From NCBI GenBank assembly GCA_977017645.1, contig OZ360226.1, positions 54,250,001-54,314,000 of the forward strand: a stretch of DNA of 64,000 bases. Reading direction: 5' to 3'. Within the stretch, counting starts at the first letter, position 1. Each line of letters starts with the position of its first letter. Both the position numbers and the translations under genes were made by a program. The notes beneath the pieces were generated by a model, which saw only the letters and a list, made by a program, of their open reading frames with translations, was not told where the DNA came from and did no database searches. The DNA comes from Torpedo marmorata. Lineage: Eukaryota. Below, piece after piece: positions 50,801-63,428 of the stretch.

Positions 50801-53354
50801 CAGTTAGACAATGAGATAGGACGAAAAGGGTCATTATCTTTGAATATGCCATTGTATCAGAATTTATTGTTACCTTTTTCTATTGATAATCAATTTTTAA
50901 AACTATGGTTTCAAAAAAGAATTAAGAAGATTAAAGATTGTTTTGAGGCTGGAAGATTTGTTACATTCTCTAGGTTGAAAGAAAAATTTGGAATAATGGA
51001 TAATACGATTTTGGCTTATTATCAGGTTAAAGGATTTTTAGTTGAGAAATTGGGGAATCAATTAATAACTCCTAGACAGGATGGATTAGAATTATTAATT
51101 ACTAATGGAAATGTTAACAAGTTTATATCACAAATGTATAGATTACTTCAGAGAAAGATGCCTAAGGTAGGATTGCATAAATCAAGATTAAATTGGGAAT
51201 CAGATTTAAATATTAGTATAGATGAAAAACATTGGAAAGAATTATGTAAATTGAGTATGACCAAAATTATTAATGTTAGATATAGATTAGTACAATATAA
51301 TTTTTTTCATCAATTATATTTAACACCTAAAAAATTAAAGAAATTTAATCCGGCACTATCAGATATGTGTTTTAGATGTAGGGATGAAATAGGTTCTTTT
51401 GTACACTGTACATGGTCATGTTTAAAAATTCAAAATTTTTAGTCTAAAGTTAAGGATTTTTTGGATAGAATTTTTAATATTACGGTTCCAATGGACCCTA
51501 TGTTATTTTTATTTGGAGATATTAAAAAATTTAGTATTAGAAATAGATTGAATATGTATCAAATAGAATTTTTGCGAATTGTTTTAGCGGTTTCAAAAAA
51601 ATGTATCGCTATTACTTGGAAATCAGATTTAGATTTGAGTTTAGATAGATTACATGCAGAATTACGTTCTTGTATACCATTGGAAAAAATTACATATAAT
51701 TTACGTGATAAATATCATTTCTTTTTGAAAATTTGGAGCCCATATATGAGAATTATGGGTATGAATTAATTCTCTAGAAGTTGGTACCGCTGGCAAAAAT
51801 AACCTCCAATATATAAATAGAATTAGCTAGTAATTTGTTTTCTCCTCACTTTAACTCTTTAATTCTTTATTATTCAACTCTTTTCTTTTTTTTTCTTTAT
51901 AACTAACATTCTTTTTTTTTTCTTCTTTTTTTTTTAGAATAGTGCTGGGGGGTTGGGGAGGGGAGGGTGGGAGGTAATATATCACATGTATTTTAAATGA
52001 TATACTATTTTTGATTCATGTATTTTGTGATTTTAAAATTTAAATAAAATTATATAAAAAAAAGAAGAAAAAAAAGAAAAATTCACCAATTATTAAAAAT
52101 TTGTTAGAAATATGGGGTAAGACGGATAAAGAAATAGGTGGAAAAGGATTAATTTCTTAAAATATGCCATTATATCAAAATGGACTTATATTATTTACTG
52201 TTAATAATTACTGTTAATAATCAGTTACTTAAAATTTGGTTTCATAAAGGTATTAAGAAGATTAATGATTGTTTTGAAGCTGGAAAATTTATTACGTTTC
52301 AAAGAATGAAAGATAAATTTAATATACCAGATAATACATTTTTAGCTTATTATCAAGTTAAAGCTTTTTTGACTGAGAAATTAGGTTATGCTTTAATTTT
52401 ACCGAGACAAAATGAGTTAGAATTATTAGTTACTAATGGAGATGTTAATAAATTTATTTCTCAAATGTATAAATTGTTTCAGAGGAAAATGCCTAAAATA
52501 GGATTGCATAAATCAAGATTAAAATGGGAATTAGATTTAAATGTAAATATAGATGAAAATCATTGGAAAGATTTATGTAAATTAAGTATGACGAAGATTA
52601 TCAATGTTAGATATAGATTAGTACAATATAATTTTTTTCATCAATTATATTTAACACCTAAAAAATTAAAGAAATTTAATCCGACATTATCAGGCTTATG
52701 TTTTAGATGCAATAGAGAGGAAGGTTCTTTTGTTCATTCTACATGGTTTTGTCCAAAAATTCAAGATTTTTGGTTGAAAGTTAAACATTTTTTAGATAAA
52801 GTATTTAACATTGCATTTCCAATGGATCCTATGTTATTTTTATTTGGAGATATTAAAAAATTTAGTATTAAAAAGAAATTAAATGTTTCAAGTAGAATTT
52901 TTGCGAATTGCTTTAGCTGTTTCAAAAAAATGCATTGCTATTACTTGGAAATCTGATTTAGATTTAGGACTAGAAAGATGGCATGCAGAACTTCGTTCGT
53001 GTATACCACTGGAAAAAATTACTTATAATTTACGTAATAAATATCACTTTTTCTTGAAAATTTGGAGCCCATATATGAGAGCTGTGGGTTTAAGGATTTG
53101 AAGATCTCTAGATATCAGATCTGCTGGCATATTTGACCTCCATAATAGAATTAGTTTAGAAGGTATTCCCCTCATTCTATTCTTTTCTTTCTTTTTTCTA
53201 TTTTATTTTATTTTTTATTTTTTATTAGATTAGTGGGGATGGGGGGGGTTGGGGAGGGGAGGGAGGGTGAAAATGTATCACATGTATTTTGATAATTTTA
53301 TATTTTATCTCATGTATTTTGTGATTTAAAAATTTAAATAAAATAATTTTAAAA
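44871..53354 (+). mobile_element. 5'-truncated L1 (complete but disrupted ORF2) inserted in the BEL2 protease region
   Basis: 15-bp TSD AAGACCAAGAAAGGG (44856-44870, 53355-53369); ORF2 pieces 45003-47796 and 52083-53101; same subfamily as 4858-6354 (ends MRAVGLRI). Confidence 0.93.
47797..52069 (+). mobile_element. Young 5'-truncated L1 nested in the preceding L1; ORF2 intact except one stop
   Basis: 13-bp TSD AAAAAAGAAAAAT (47784-47796, 52070-52082); 1153-aa ORF 47981-51442 plus same-frame 51461-51769; same subfamily as 28277-34040 (ends MRIMGMN). Confidence 0.95.
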
Positions 53355-56300
53355 AAGACCAAGAAAGGGGATGCAACAGTACATACATATGCATTTCTCG
53401 ATCCAGGCAGCACTGCATCTTTTTGCAAGGAAGGACTAATAAACAAACTTAATATTCAAGGAAGAAGGTCAAGAATTATGTTGAAAACCATGGGACAAGA
53501 AATGGTCGTTGAAACCAGCATTGTTTTCGGCTTAGAAGTTGCGGGATTGCATGGCAAAGAATTTTGTGATATTCCAATGTTATACACTTAGAAGACTATG
53601 CCTGTGCATGAAGGAATCATCCCTCATCAAAATGATATTAAACTGTGGTCTTATCTGAAAAATGTTTGTCTACCTGAAATTGGCTCTGAGCTAGAAATGC
53701 TGATTGGTTTAGATGTACCCAAGGCTTTGGAACCACTAGATGTAATAAGGAGTGTGGGAGATGGACCATACGCTGTTAAAACCATGCTTGGTTGAACAAT
53801 CAATGGACCATTAGGAGGAAAAGGTGATAGTGCTCAGGAACAGTTAGCGATACATGTTAACAGGATTTCAGTTGTGAAACTTGAGCTGTGGGAACAGCAG
53901 TTTAAAAGTGACTTTCCTGAGTGTCTCAGTGATGACCAAGAACATTCAAAAGAAGATAGGCAGTTCTTGAATTTAGTGTCAGAATCTGCCAAGCTAGTTG
54001 ATGGACATTATTGTATTGGATTACCTGTAAAGATAAGAGAAGTATACATGCCTGACAATAGAAGTGTTGCTGAACAACGTACACTGAACTTAAGAAAAAG
54101 ATTCAGGAGAGATTCTTCTTTTCATTTAGACTATACCAATTTCATGTATGACATGATATCCAAAGGTTATGCAGAGAAAATACCAGATGATGTCTTGGGA
54201 CGTCGTGATGGTAAAAAATGGTATTTACATCCACAGAAGAAAAAACTGTGTGTTGTGTTTGACTGTGGAGCGACCTTTAGAGGAGTGTCACTAAATTCTC
54301 AGTTGTTCCAAGGGCCAGACCTGACTAGTACATTGATTGGAGTCTTGGTTAGATTCTGTAAAGTACCTTTTGTTATCACTGCTGACATTGAAGCAATGTT
54401 TCATCAAGTGAAGGTACCAAATGAAGACCGTGACTTGTTACGGTTCCTCTGCTGGCCTGATGGAGACTACAGTCAGAATATGGTGGAATATAGAATGACA
54501 GTGCATTTATTTGGAGCAACATCATCTCCAAGTTGTGCGAACTTTGCCCTTAGGAAGTGTGCTGAGGACAACGTGAAAGAGTTGAGCTCTCAAGCTGTAA
54601 ACATCATTCTGAACAATTTTTATGTGGATGACTGTCTTACTTCTACAACTTCAGAAGAAGATGCAATATCTCTTTATTATGAGTTACGAAAGATTTGTTT
54701 AAAGGGTGGCTTTCTACTTACCAAATGGATAACTAACAGTCGTCGGGTGTTGGCTGTCATACCTGAAGCAGAAAGGGCAAAGGAAATGAAGAATCTGGAT
54801 TTGGACCATGACAATCTTCCAGTAGAGAGGGTGTTGGGTGTACAATGGTGTGTTCAATCTGACGATTTTAAATTCAAAATCATTTTGAAGGACAGACCTC
54901 TCACAAGAAGAGGGATTCTTTCAACGGTCAGTTCAATTTATGATCCCTTAGGAATACTGGCACCAGTAGTACTAACTGCCAAGAAGATCCTGCAAGATTT
55001 GTGTAGAAAAAAGATTGGTTGGGATGATAAGATACCAGACTCCATTGTACAGAAATGGATGTGTTGGAATCAGGATCTTCATATGTTGGAAGACTTCAAG
55101 GTTGACAGATGTTTCAAACCCAACAACTTTGGAAAGGTGACATTTGCTCAATTGCATCATTTTGCTGATGCATGTGAGGACAGTTATGGAACTGTTAGTC
55201 ATCTGTTATTGCATAGTAATGATGCTCAGATACATTGTGGATTTGTGATGGGAAAGGCCAGAGTGGCTCCATTAAAACCAGTTACTATACCTCGAATGGA
55301 GTTGACGGCTGCTGCCAAGGCAAGTAGAATGGACACAGTGCTGAGAAAAGAGCTGCAGATGAATCTAGCAGACTCTATCTTTTGGACAGATAGCACATGT
55401 GCTTAAATACCTCAACAATAAGACAACAAGGTTTCGAACTTTTGTGGCTAACAGAATTGTTGAAATCGATAAAGTCTCATGTCCAAAAAAGTGGAGATAT
55501 GTTAAAGCAGTTAATAATCCTGCTGATTTGGCTTCTTGAGGTTTGAAAGTCAAGTCTTTTCTAAAGAATGAAATGTGGGTATCAGGGCCTCAGTTTCTTC
55601 TACAGCCTCAAAATGAGTGGCCCAAAAATCCTGATAAATTAAAGGAAATTTTATTAGATGATCCTGAAATCAAGAGAAGAACCCTACAATCAATCTAGAA
55701 TTGGGATTAAAACTGCAAATGCAGAGCAGATAATACCTGAACAAAAGGATTGGGTTACTGATTTGATCCATTACTTTTCATCCTGGAATAGTTTGAGAAG
55801 GGCAATAGCATGGTTGCTCAGATTTAAAAGATGGTATTTGAATCGTAACAAACGAACAATGTTACTGAAACGCAGGAAAGAGGACGTCTTTCAGTTGAGG
55901 AATTAATTAATGCTGAGATGGAGATAATCTGCTTTTGCCAGAAGAAAAAATTTGCAGACAAAATCTCAAGTTTAAAAGGGGGAACGAATGATAAAAGGAC
56001 AAGTCATCTTCGTAAACTTAATCCCATTCTGGAGAATGGTGTATTAAGGGTTGGTGGGCAACTTAGCAGAGCAGCAATGCCAGAAGAGATGAACATCCTG
56101 TTATACTGGCCAAGGATTTTTATACCTCTGATCTAATTCTTCGGCATATTCATGAAAAGGTGGGTCATGGTGGTCGCAACCATATGTAATCCAGACTACG
56201 ACAAAAATATTGGATACCTGGTGCCACTGTGTTAATCAGAAAAATTTTAATCAAAATGTGTTATTTTTCATTGGCCGTTTAAAGGAATGTTTAAAGGAAT

Positions 56301-57344
56301 TTATAAAGAATCGTTTTAAAGGAAGTTTAAAGACGTTTTAAATAATCGTTATTAAGCATCATTATCAAGAATTGTTTATATTTCGTTAAAGAAGATATTT
56401 AAGTCATTGAAGATTGCTACAAGTCATTGTGTGTAAATAAAGTTTTTTAACCTATTGGACTTGTTCGTAAGTTAATTGAAACGCGTCAAGAACAAGTATC
56501 TCACCTAGCCTCCAAGTGACTATTTGTTGGATTGAAGTCACTATACCTACCACCCAGCACACAGCATATTTTAGCTACTCCATCAGGTGTATCAGAATCA
56601 GCACCACCAGGCTGAGAAACAGATTCTTTCTGCAGGCAGTGACAATGCTGAACGGCCAAAGGAACTGCTCCCACTAACCATCTGAGACTTGGAACATTCA
56701 CTAAACAATATTTATTTATTTTTATATACTGTATGTATACTTGTCCTTTGTATGTATTGTTTGTCTGTACGTGCGTTATGTCTGGTTATGTGTTTAATTT
56801 TTCTATTTCCACAGATGCTGCCTGACGTGCTGAGTCTTTCCACTATTTTCTGTTCTTATTTCAGATTTTTGATGCCCGCGGTGTTTTTGATTTTCATTTC
56901 TGGAAAGATACCAAAGATGAAATTCACTTCATTACATTCTTTTGCTTTCATACTTTGAAAAAGGAGATGAATGGTTCATATACGGAAAAGTCAAATGATT
57001 TGAAAGGTTAGGGCTCATGTCATTTAAAAAAAACCCACCTTAAATGAACAGCTTAAACAGAAAATGGAAGCCAATGCTACCTTTTATGACCAGACCTATT
57101 GAATATAATAATTCATAGAAATCTTAGCACAATAAAAATTAAGAATACTATGAAATTTCTAGCCTTTTACCAAAGGGACAGTTTTAATAGGAGAGAGCAC
57201 AGTGCATATTTATTCAAATGAACAGAAATTAGATAATCAAAACATAAAGAATGATCCAAACAAAAACTGAAATTGTTTTGTTAGAATGCTGGTGATTGCA
57301 AAATAATTTGATACATTCTCCTTGGAGCAACAGAAGATGAGGTG

Positions 57345-57710
57345 AAAGAGGTGTACAAGACAATGAGGCATTGATTGTGTGGATGGCCAGAGGCTTTTTC
57401 CCAGGGCTGAAATGGCTAACAAGAGGGTGCATAGTTTGAAGGTGCTTGGGAGTAAGAACAGAGGAGCAGCAAGAGGCAGGCTTTTCCACTCACATAGACT
57501 GGTGGGTACATGGAATGAATTGCCGGCAATGGTGGTAGAAGCAGGTACAATAGGATCTTTAAGAGACAATTAGATAGGTCCATGGAACTGAAAAACATGG
57601 AGGGCTGTGCAGTAGGGAAATTCTGGGCAGCTGTTAGAGGTTATTGGGTCAGCACAACACTATGCGCTGAAGGGCCTGTACTGTGCTGTAGATTTCTATG
57701 TTCTATTCAG
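57345..57710 (+). mobile_element. CR1 3' fragment
   Basis: GQRLFPRAE..VGTWNELPAMVVEAGT; GAAGGGCCTGTACTGTGCTG..TTCTATGTTCTA tail. Confidence 0.8.
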
Positions 57711-57744
57711 ATAAGATGTTCAGTCAAATTCAGAAATTATCTAG

Positions 57745-58370
57745 AACAGTACAGTACAGGCCCTTTGGCCCACGATGTTGTGCCGACTTATATATACCTA
57801 CCAAATAAAAACGAAACTCTCCCTCCCTCATAACCCTCTATTTTTCTTTCATCCATGTGCCAATGTAAGTCTCTTGAATGCCCCTATTGTTCCAGCACCA
57901 CCCCTGACAATGCATTCGAGGCACCCACAACTCTGTAAAAAAACTTACCCCTGATGTCTCCCCTAAACGTTTCTCCCTTCACTTTGTATAGATGTCTTCT
58001 GGTGTTTGCTGCTCCTGGCCTGGAAAAAGGTGCTAGCTGACTACCTTATCTATGCCTCTCATGATCTTGTAGACCTCTATAAGTCACCTCTCATCCTTCT
58101 TCGCTCCAAAGAGAAAAGCCCTAGCTCTGCTAACCTTGCCTCATAAGACATATTTTCCAATCCAGGCAACATCCTGGTAAATCTCCTCTGCACCCTCTCC
58201 ATAGCTTCCTATAATGAGGTGACCAGAATTGAACACAATACTCTAAGTGTGGTCTCACCAGAGATTTGTGGAGTTGCAACATGACCTCTCGACTCTTGAA
58301 CTCAATCCCCCGACTAATGAAGCCCAGCATACAATAGGCCTTCTTAACTATCCTATTAACTTGCGCCACC
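57745..58370 (-). mobile_element. CR1 3' fragment, tail-to-tail with the previous one
   Basis: KKAYCMLGFISRGIEFKSREVMLQL..RPHLEYCVQFWSP on the minus strand. Confidence 0.85.
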
Positions 58371-59235
58371 TACTCCTATTTTGTGCAGTTTTCACATGAG
58401 GGTGGTGGAATTTATCCACTAAGCTTTAGCTGATTTAAAAGTTTTTTTTTTTTGCATGATGCTGGTTCCACCACCGAGGTCGGTGGAAATGGATCTGTCC
58501 CCGACAAAGGAATTATCATAAAATAAATATCACACTTCTTACATATCTTCACTACAGAAAAAAGCTACCTAGCCTTTTTAATACATCCTTTATACACGAG
58601 GATGTCTAAAAGATTTGCCTTTAGTTTTTTTTGCCATTCTTCTGTGACATTGTTTGTCTTCCAATTATATTCCTTCCTGAAGGACTTGACTCTTATCACA
58701 TGAAAAGATTGGTTCAAGTCACATATTGGGATCAAACTGTAACAAGTGATTCTTCAACATCTACAGCAGACACCAGAAGAGAACATAATAAACTGAATGA
58801 TGAGGGGAACTTCACAGTGGGAAACACATTTCTCTAACAAGGATTACTGATCACCAAGAGCATAAAACGAAGTGGGTAGGGGTGGAGTACATGTTCTCCT
58901 TCATTAAGAAAACTTTCAGCACTTCATTGTAGAATACAAACACTGTGAGTATGCCAATCAAATTCAGGAAAGATGATTTAGTTCCAAAGAACTACACACA
59001 TCCTCTTTTCCTGGGACTTTGTAGTTTAAAAAAAAACTTCAGGTACATAGGGTTTTCACTATATAGATAACACATCAACAATTTGGATTTATAATGCATC
59101 TCCACGGCAATAAAACATACCAATTTGACATTACTAAGACAGGCAGAATTTGGTAAAATATGTTTGAAAGACAATATTAATTGTCTCCGTAATTAAGAAA
59201 TAATAGTCTTTAAAAATTACTTAAGTGATTAACCA

Positions 59236-59465
59236 GCACAGTTAGCATAGCAGTTAGTACAACAACACTATTACAGCGCCAGCGACCCAGGTTCGCATCT
59301 CTCAGGAGTTTCTTCATTCTCCCTGTGTCTGTGATGATTACCTCCTACCCTCCAAAAATGTACCGGGGTTGTAGGTCAATGGGTGTAATTGGGCGCCACA
59401 GGTACGTCGTGGACCGAAAGGGCCTGTTACCTTGCTGATGTCCAGATTTTTAAAAAATTAAATTT
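59236..59465 (+). mobile_element. tRNA-derived V-SINE (HE1-like)
   Basis: A/B-box-like head (TAGCATAGCAGTTAG..CCAGGTTCGCATC), V-domain relic, GAAAGGGCCTGTTAC tail. Confidence 0.7.
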
Positions 59466-59595
59466 AAATTTAAGAACTCAATTAATAATTATGATGTAGA
59501 ATTCAAACAAAAATAAAAACTGGATTTCTGGAAATAAAAACAAAATGCTAGAAACATTCAGCAAATCAGGCAAGATCTGTGGAAAAAGAAACAAA

Positions 59596-60199
59596 TACCA
59601 TTTTTACACAGCCGCAGCAAGACGGAAAATTCTCGGAAATTTTCCGTTATGCTGGCTGTGTAAAAATGTCGTGACGGAAACTCGAAACTAATTTCCATCC
59701 CAACATTTTTCTTGCAGCAGCCCTAGACATTTTTGTGGACTGCCTGCAGTCTAAACTGAACTGCAGGCGGTCTGCAAAAGTACGACGTACCTGATGACGG
59801 TCTCCCTCTTCCTGCCTCTGCCCCCTCCAATGCCCCTCGCCCTCCCTCCAACCTCTCCGACCATCTCTCCAGGGGGTTTAATCTGCCGTACCTCCCGCTC
59901 CCTCAACCCTCCTTCTCGATATCTCCTCAGTCGCAACGCCCCACCGCCCCCTCTCCTTTCCCTGTGCACCCCCTCTCCTTTCCCTGTGCATATTAATGAC
60001 GTCATTGACATCGACGTAGTGATGCTGTGCGTCGGACGTAGCTGTACGTCAGAATCGACATCGACCCACGTCCACCCTCCGGAATCACCACAACGCCGGA
60101 GGTCAGTGTAAACCTCCATCCTGTGTGAACGGCCACTCCGGAGAGTAAGTATGCATAGTGATGACGGGAAAATCCCGTTACCTCTGTGTAAAAATAGTA
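59596..60199. mobile_element. MITE (PIF/Harbinger-like) with 16-bp TIRs
   Basis: TACCATTTTTACACAG ... CTGTGTAAAAATAGTA (1 mismatch); AAA on both flanks; interrupts a Penelope-like pLTR relic. Confidence 0.7.
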
Positions 60200-60984
60200 A
60201 AAGACAAACTTTCAGCTTGAAAACCTTTCACTGGTTGATCTAGAATTCAACCTTGTTTGTCTGATGGAAACAATCAATCAATACCTTTAAAAGGGAATTG
60301 GATAGCACTTAAGAATAATTTGCAAAGCCTTAGGATTGAGCAGGGAAAGAGAACTAATGGGACTATTCCACTTGGAACAGGCAAGGACCCAATGAGCTAA
60401 ACAGTTATCTCCTATGCTATATGATATACTGTACTTATTTCACTTTTTTGGAATGTGGACGCCATGAGCAAGGCCAGCAGTTGTAGCTGAAACATACCTA
60501 TTCTCAAGATGGTGGTGAGCTGTTGCTCTCCCAGTAAAGATGCAATGCCGCTTGGTCAGGATTTCCAAGATTTAGACACAGCAACAATGAAGAAATGACT
60601 ATATATCTCTAGGCCAAGATATAAGCTGCAGTTGGTAGCCTTCCCATTATGGCTGATACTCCTTGTCTTGGTGGCAGAGATTACTAGTACAGACAAGGTG
60701 CTGTACAGCATCCACTTGGCAAGTAATAACAGTGCATTTTGTAGATTGCATACACTCCAAGGTGCCAATCAAATTTGTCTTGAATGGTGTCAATCTTTGT
60801 GACTGTTATTGGAGCTGCACTCATTTAGACCAATGGTGGGTATTGTTTCACACTCTTGACTTACAGTTAGGGTGGCATTTGGCACAGGTAGACAGGGTGC
60901 TGGAAAGGTATTTGGCATGCTTGTCTTCATTGATCAGCACACTGAACACAAGAATTGGGTTTGGAATTTGTTGGGGAGACAGCA

Positions 60985-61525
60985 TGGAGTACTGTGTGCA
61001 GTTCTGGTTGTCCAGCTATTGGAAGAATGTCATTAATATAGCAAGGGTGCAAAAACAATTCACAAGAATTTTACCAGGACTGGAGGGCTTAAATTAGGAG
61101 AGATTGGATAGGCTGTTTCTTTTTTTTCTTTAGAGCATAGAAGGCTATGGGGTGACTTTACAGAGATATACAAAATCATGTGGGGCATATATAAGGTAAA
61201 TATTTATGGTTCTTTTCCCAGGGAATAGGAGTGTAAAAATTAAGGGCCATAGATTTAAGATGAAAGGACAAAGATTTAAAAGGACGCTGAGGGCTAATTT
61301 TTCCCCCACACAAAGGGTGGTAAGTATGTGGAACAAGCTGCCAGAGTAGTAGTAAAAGCAGGCACAATTATAATGTTTAAAGGACATTTGAATGGGTAAA
61401 TGGATAGGCAAGTTTAGTGAAATATGGGCCTAGTGCAGACAAATGCAACAGTTCAGCTATGCAACTTTGCTCCTATTGACGAGTTGGGCTGAAGGGGCTG
61501 TTTCCATGCCATGTAACTCTACAAC
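60985..61525 (+). mobile_element. Degenerate CR1 3' fragment
   Basis: MEYCVQFW.SY.K.V..IARVQKQFTRILPGLEGL and GGGCTGAAGGGGCTGTTTCC tail. Confidence 0.75.
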
Positions 61526-62769
61526 TTAGGCCTTACAGTCAGTGAAATGAGTTTGGGCTCTCAGTTGGTGAGTCACTCACCATAACCTATCAACCTGATC
61601 TACTTGTGCAGACACTACTTTTAGTTGGTGCAGTTGATTTTCTGATTAATAACCCACACGCTGTTGAGAGTGGGGTACTCAGTAATGGTAATGCCTTTGA
61701 AAGTAAAACTTGGTGATTGGACTCCTGCCAAAGTTGGTCATTGCCTGGCCCACTGAAATGAATGAGATTTCCAATTCATCACTTGGGCACACATAGGTGA
61801 GGAATACAATCAAAACTGGCCTCTGCTGTCTGACATCACATGGACAATGTCCGAGATACAGTTGCAGCAGCACCTGTAATTCAACAACTTCCAGATTTAC
61901 AGCAGGTCTGTGGATCATTTTGTCCAATGTGAATTCTCTGCCAATTTATTGTCAGGGCTGATATACTCCCTCAATTTCAACTTCTCATACAAATCATTTT
62001 CTTCGTCTTCATACTGAATGCCTAGGATAGAAAATCTCAACATTCACCACACTTCGAATGAAGGTTCTTTTATCTCATCTTGGGTCAAAAGTATAAATTA
62101 TTATGACAATATTAATACCCCCCCTTGACCTGTGATGACATTCCACCACCACTTCTTTATAAAGACTCAGATTTAAGTTTCCATTTGATCCCTTCCTCAT
62201 ACATTTGTTGTTTCCAATAACTGAGAATCATTCGTGAGATCACACAAACTGAAGTATGGGAAGCAGAGTGAAATTCAAAGTGTATCTGCTTAAGGCGTTG
62301 CATGAATTTCAATCATAGCAGTTGGTTTCCATAAATTACAATATATTTTTAGACATATCTTTTTGAGTGGTTGCACACAAAGTTATCAAGTCCTGACTGA
62401 AATTTCAATTATTCACATGAATCTGCAATTGCTAAAAAAATAAGTTGTTGTACAGTAACGATGAATGTTGTTCTGGGTAACAGAATCTAAACTGGTTTTC
62501 GTTAATTAAAGGGAACAGGCCAACACAGGCTGCCATTTTATATGGGCAATCGAATCAAGTTACCTCCCACTTTATCGACAGAGACATTCCGCCACTATCC
62601 TGAACCAACAACATCCCTCCAAAACCTCTCCCCTATGAAATCCTCAGAAATGCCTCCCTGCCGGACCCGGTATTATTTAAGAATCAATGTCGAGGCCTCC
62701 AGGCCATGGAGCCTAGGCCGCGGCGAGCGGAACCTGGGCCTCGGCGCCCTCCCTCCTGTCCTCACTCAC

Positions 62770-63074
62770 ATCTTGCGCTGTCGCTCCAACTCGGCCTTTT
62801 TCTCCTCCTCCTCGCGCTTCTGTTTCTCGTCCAGGCTGCTGCGTTTGCTCAGGTTACGGCCGAAGATGTCAATGCGCTCGGGGGTGGTGCGGCAACGGGA
62901 GCGGGAGCGCGACTCGCGGTTGGTGCCGTGCCGCCGGCTCTTCTTCTCCCGGGACTTGGAGCGTTTCCGCGGCCTCTCCTTGTCCCGCGAGTGCGAGCGC
63001 GTCCGCCGCTTGGCGTGCTTGCTGCTTTTGGCGTGTTTGGAGCGCGACGAGCTGCGGCTCCGAGACCTCCCCAT
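62770..63074 (-). CDS. ARGLU1: ARGLU1 exon 1 (coding part), arginine and glutamate-rich protein 1
   Basis: GCGGCCATGG Kozak context; MGRSRSRSSSRSKHAKSSKH..PERIDIFGRNLSKRSSLDEKQKREEEEKKAELERQRK; donor AT|gtgagt, phase 2. Confidence 0.97.
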
Positions 63075-63320
63075 GGCCGCCGACGCGGCCCGAACTCGCC
63101 CCAGGTTACGCGAGAAGGGAAGGGGACTGCCTCCCCTTTGTCCACCGACAATAGTCCACCTTCTCCAGGAACTCCTTTTGACAGCTTCAAACTCACAGCG
63201 TCTCCCAACACCCGGAGACACAGCAGAAACAGACACAAAATGGCGGCTCGTGTAAATATGGAGGATCACCGGCTCCTTCGCCCACAATGCACCGCACTCT
63301 CACCCACTGCAGACTCCGGT

Positions 63321-63428
63321 GGATCCGGAGATCGCCGAATGGATCCGGAGATTGCCGAATGGATCCGGAGATCGCCGAATGGATCCGGAGATCGCCGAAT
63401 GGATCCGGAGATCGCCGGATGGATCCGG
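63321..63428. repeat. 20-bp minisatellite (GGATCCGGAGATCGCCGAAT x5.4)
   Basis: Five contiguous units, two with a single substitution, no spacers. Confidence 0.95.

Larger units (their letters stand above)
41640..56545 (+). mobile_element. BEL/Pao LTR retrotransposon copy 2 (SAP-Gag, PR, RT, RH, partial IN), antisense in ARGLU1 intron 1
   Basis: 5' LTR 41640-42180; partial 3' LTR ~56266-56545; 5-bp TSD CCTAC; three CCHC knuckles (ORF 44298); AFLDPGS; RT ADIEAMFHQV/YVDD and RH LHHFADA/WTDS (ORF 53874-55406); IN HHCC start ~56150-56265. Confidence 0.93.

Noticed and set aside
59236-59310. tRNA gene (also 39870-39935)
   Set aside because: No complete cloverleaf; these are SINE heads followed by V-domain and LINE-like tails
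63075-63287. 71-aa N-terminal extension of ARGLU1 in the ORF track
   Set aside because: Starts at a GTG; the known N-terminus MGRSRSRS begins at the strong-Kozak ATG at 63074
63321-63428. CRISPR-like repeat array
   Set aside because: Units are contiguous with no unique spacers, there are no cas genes, and the context is vertebrate
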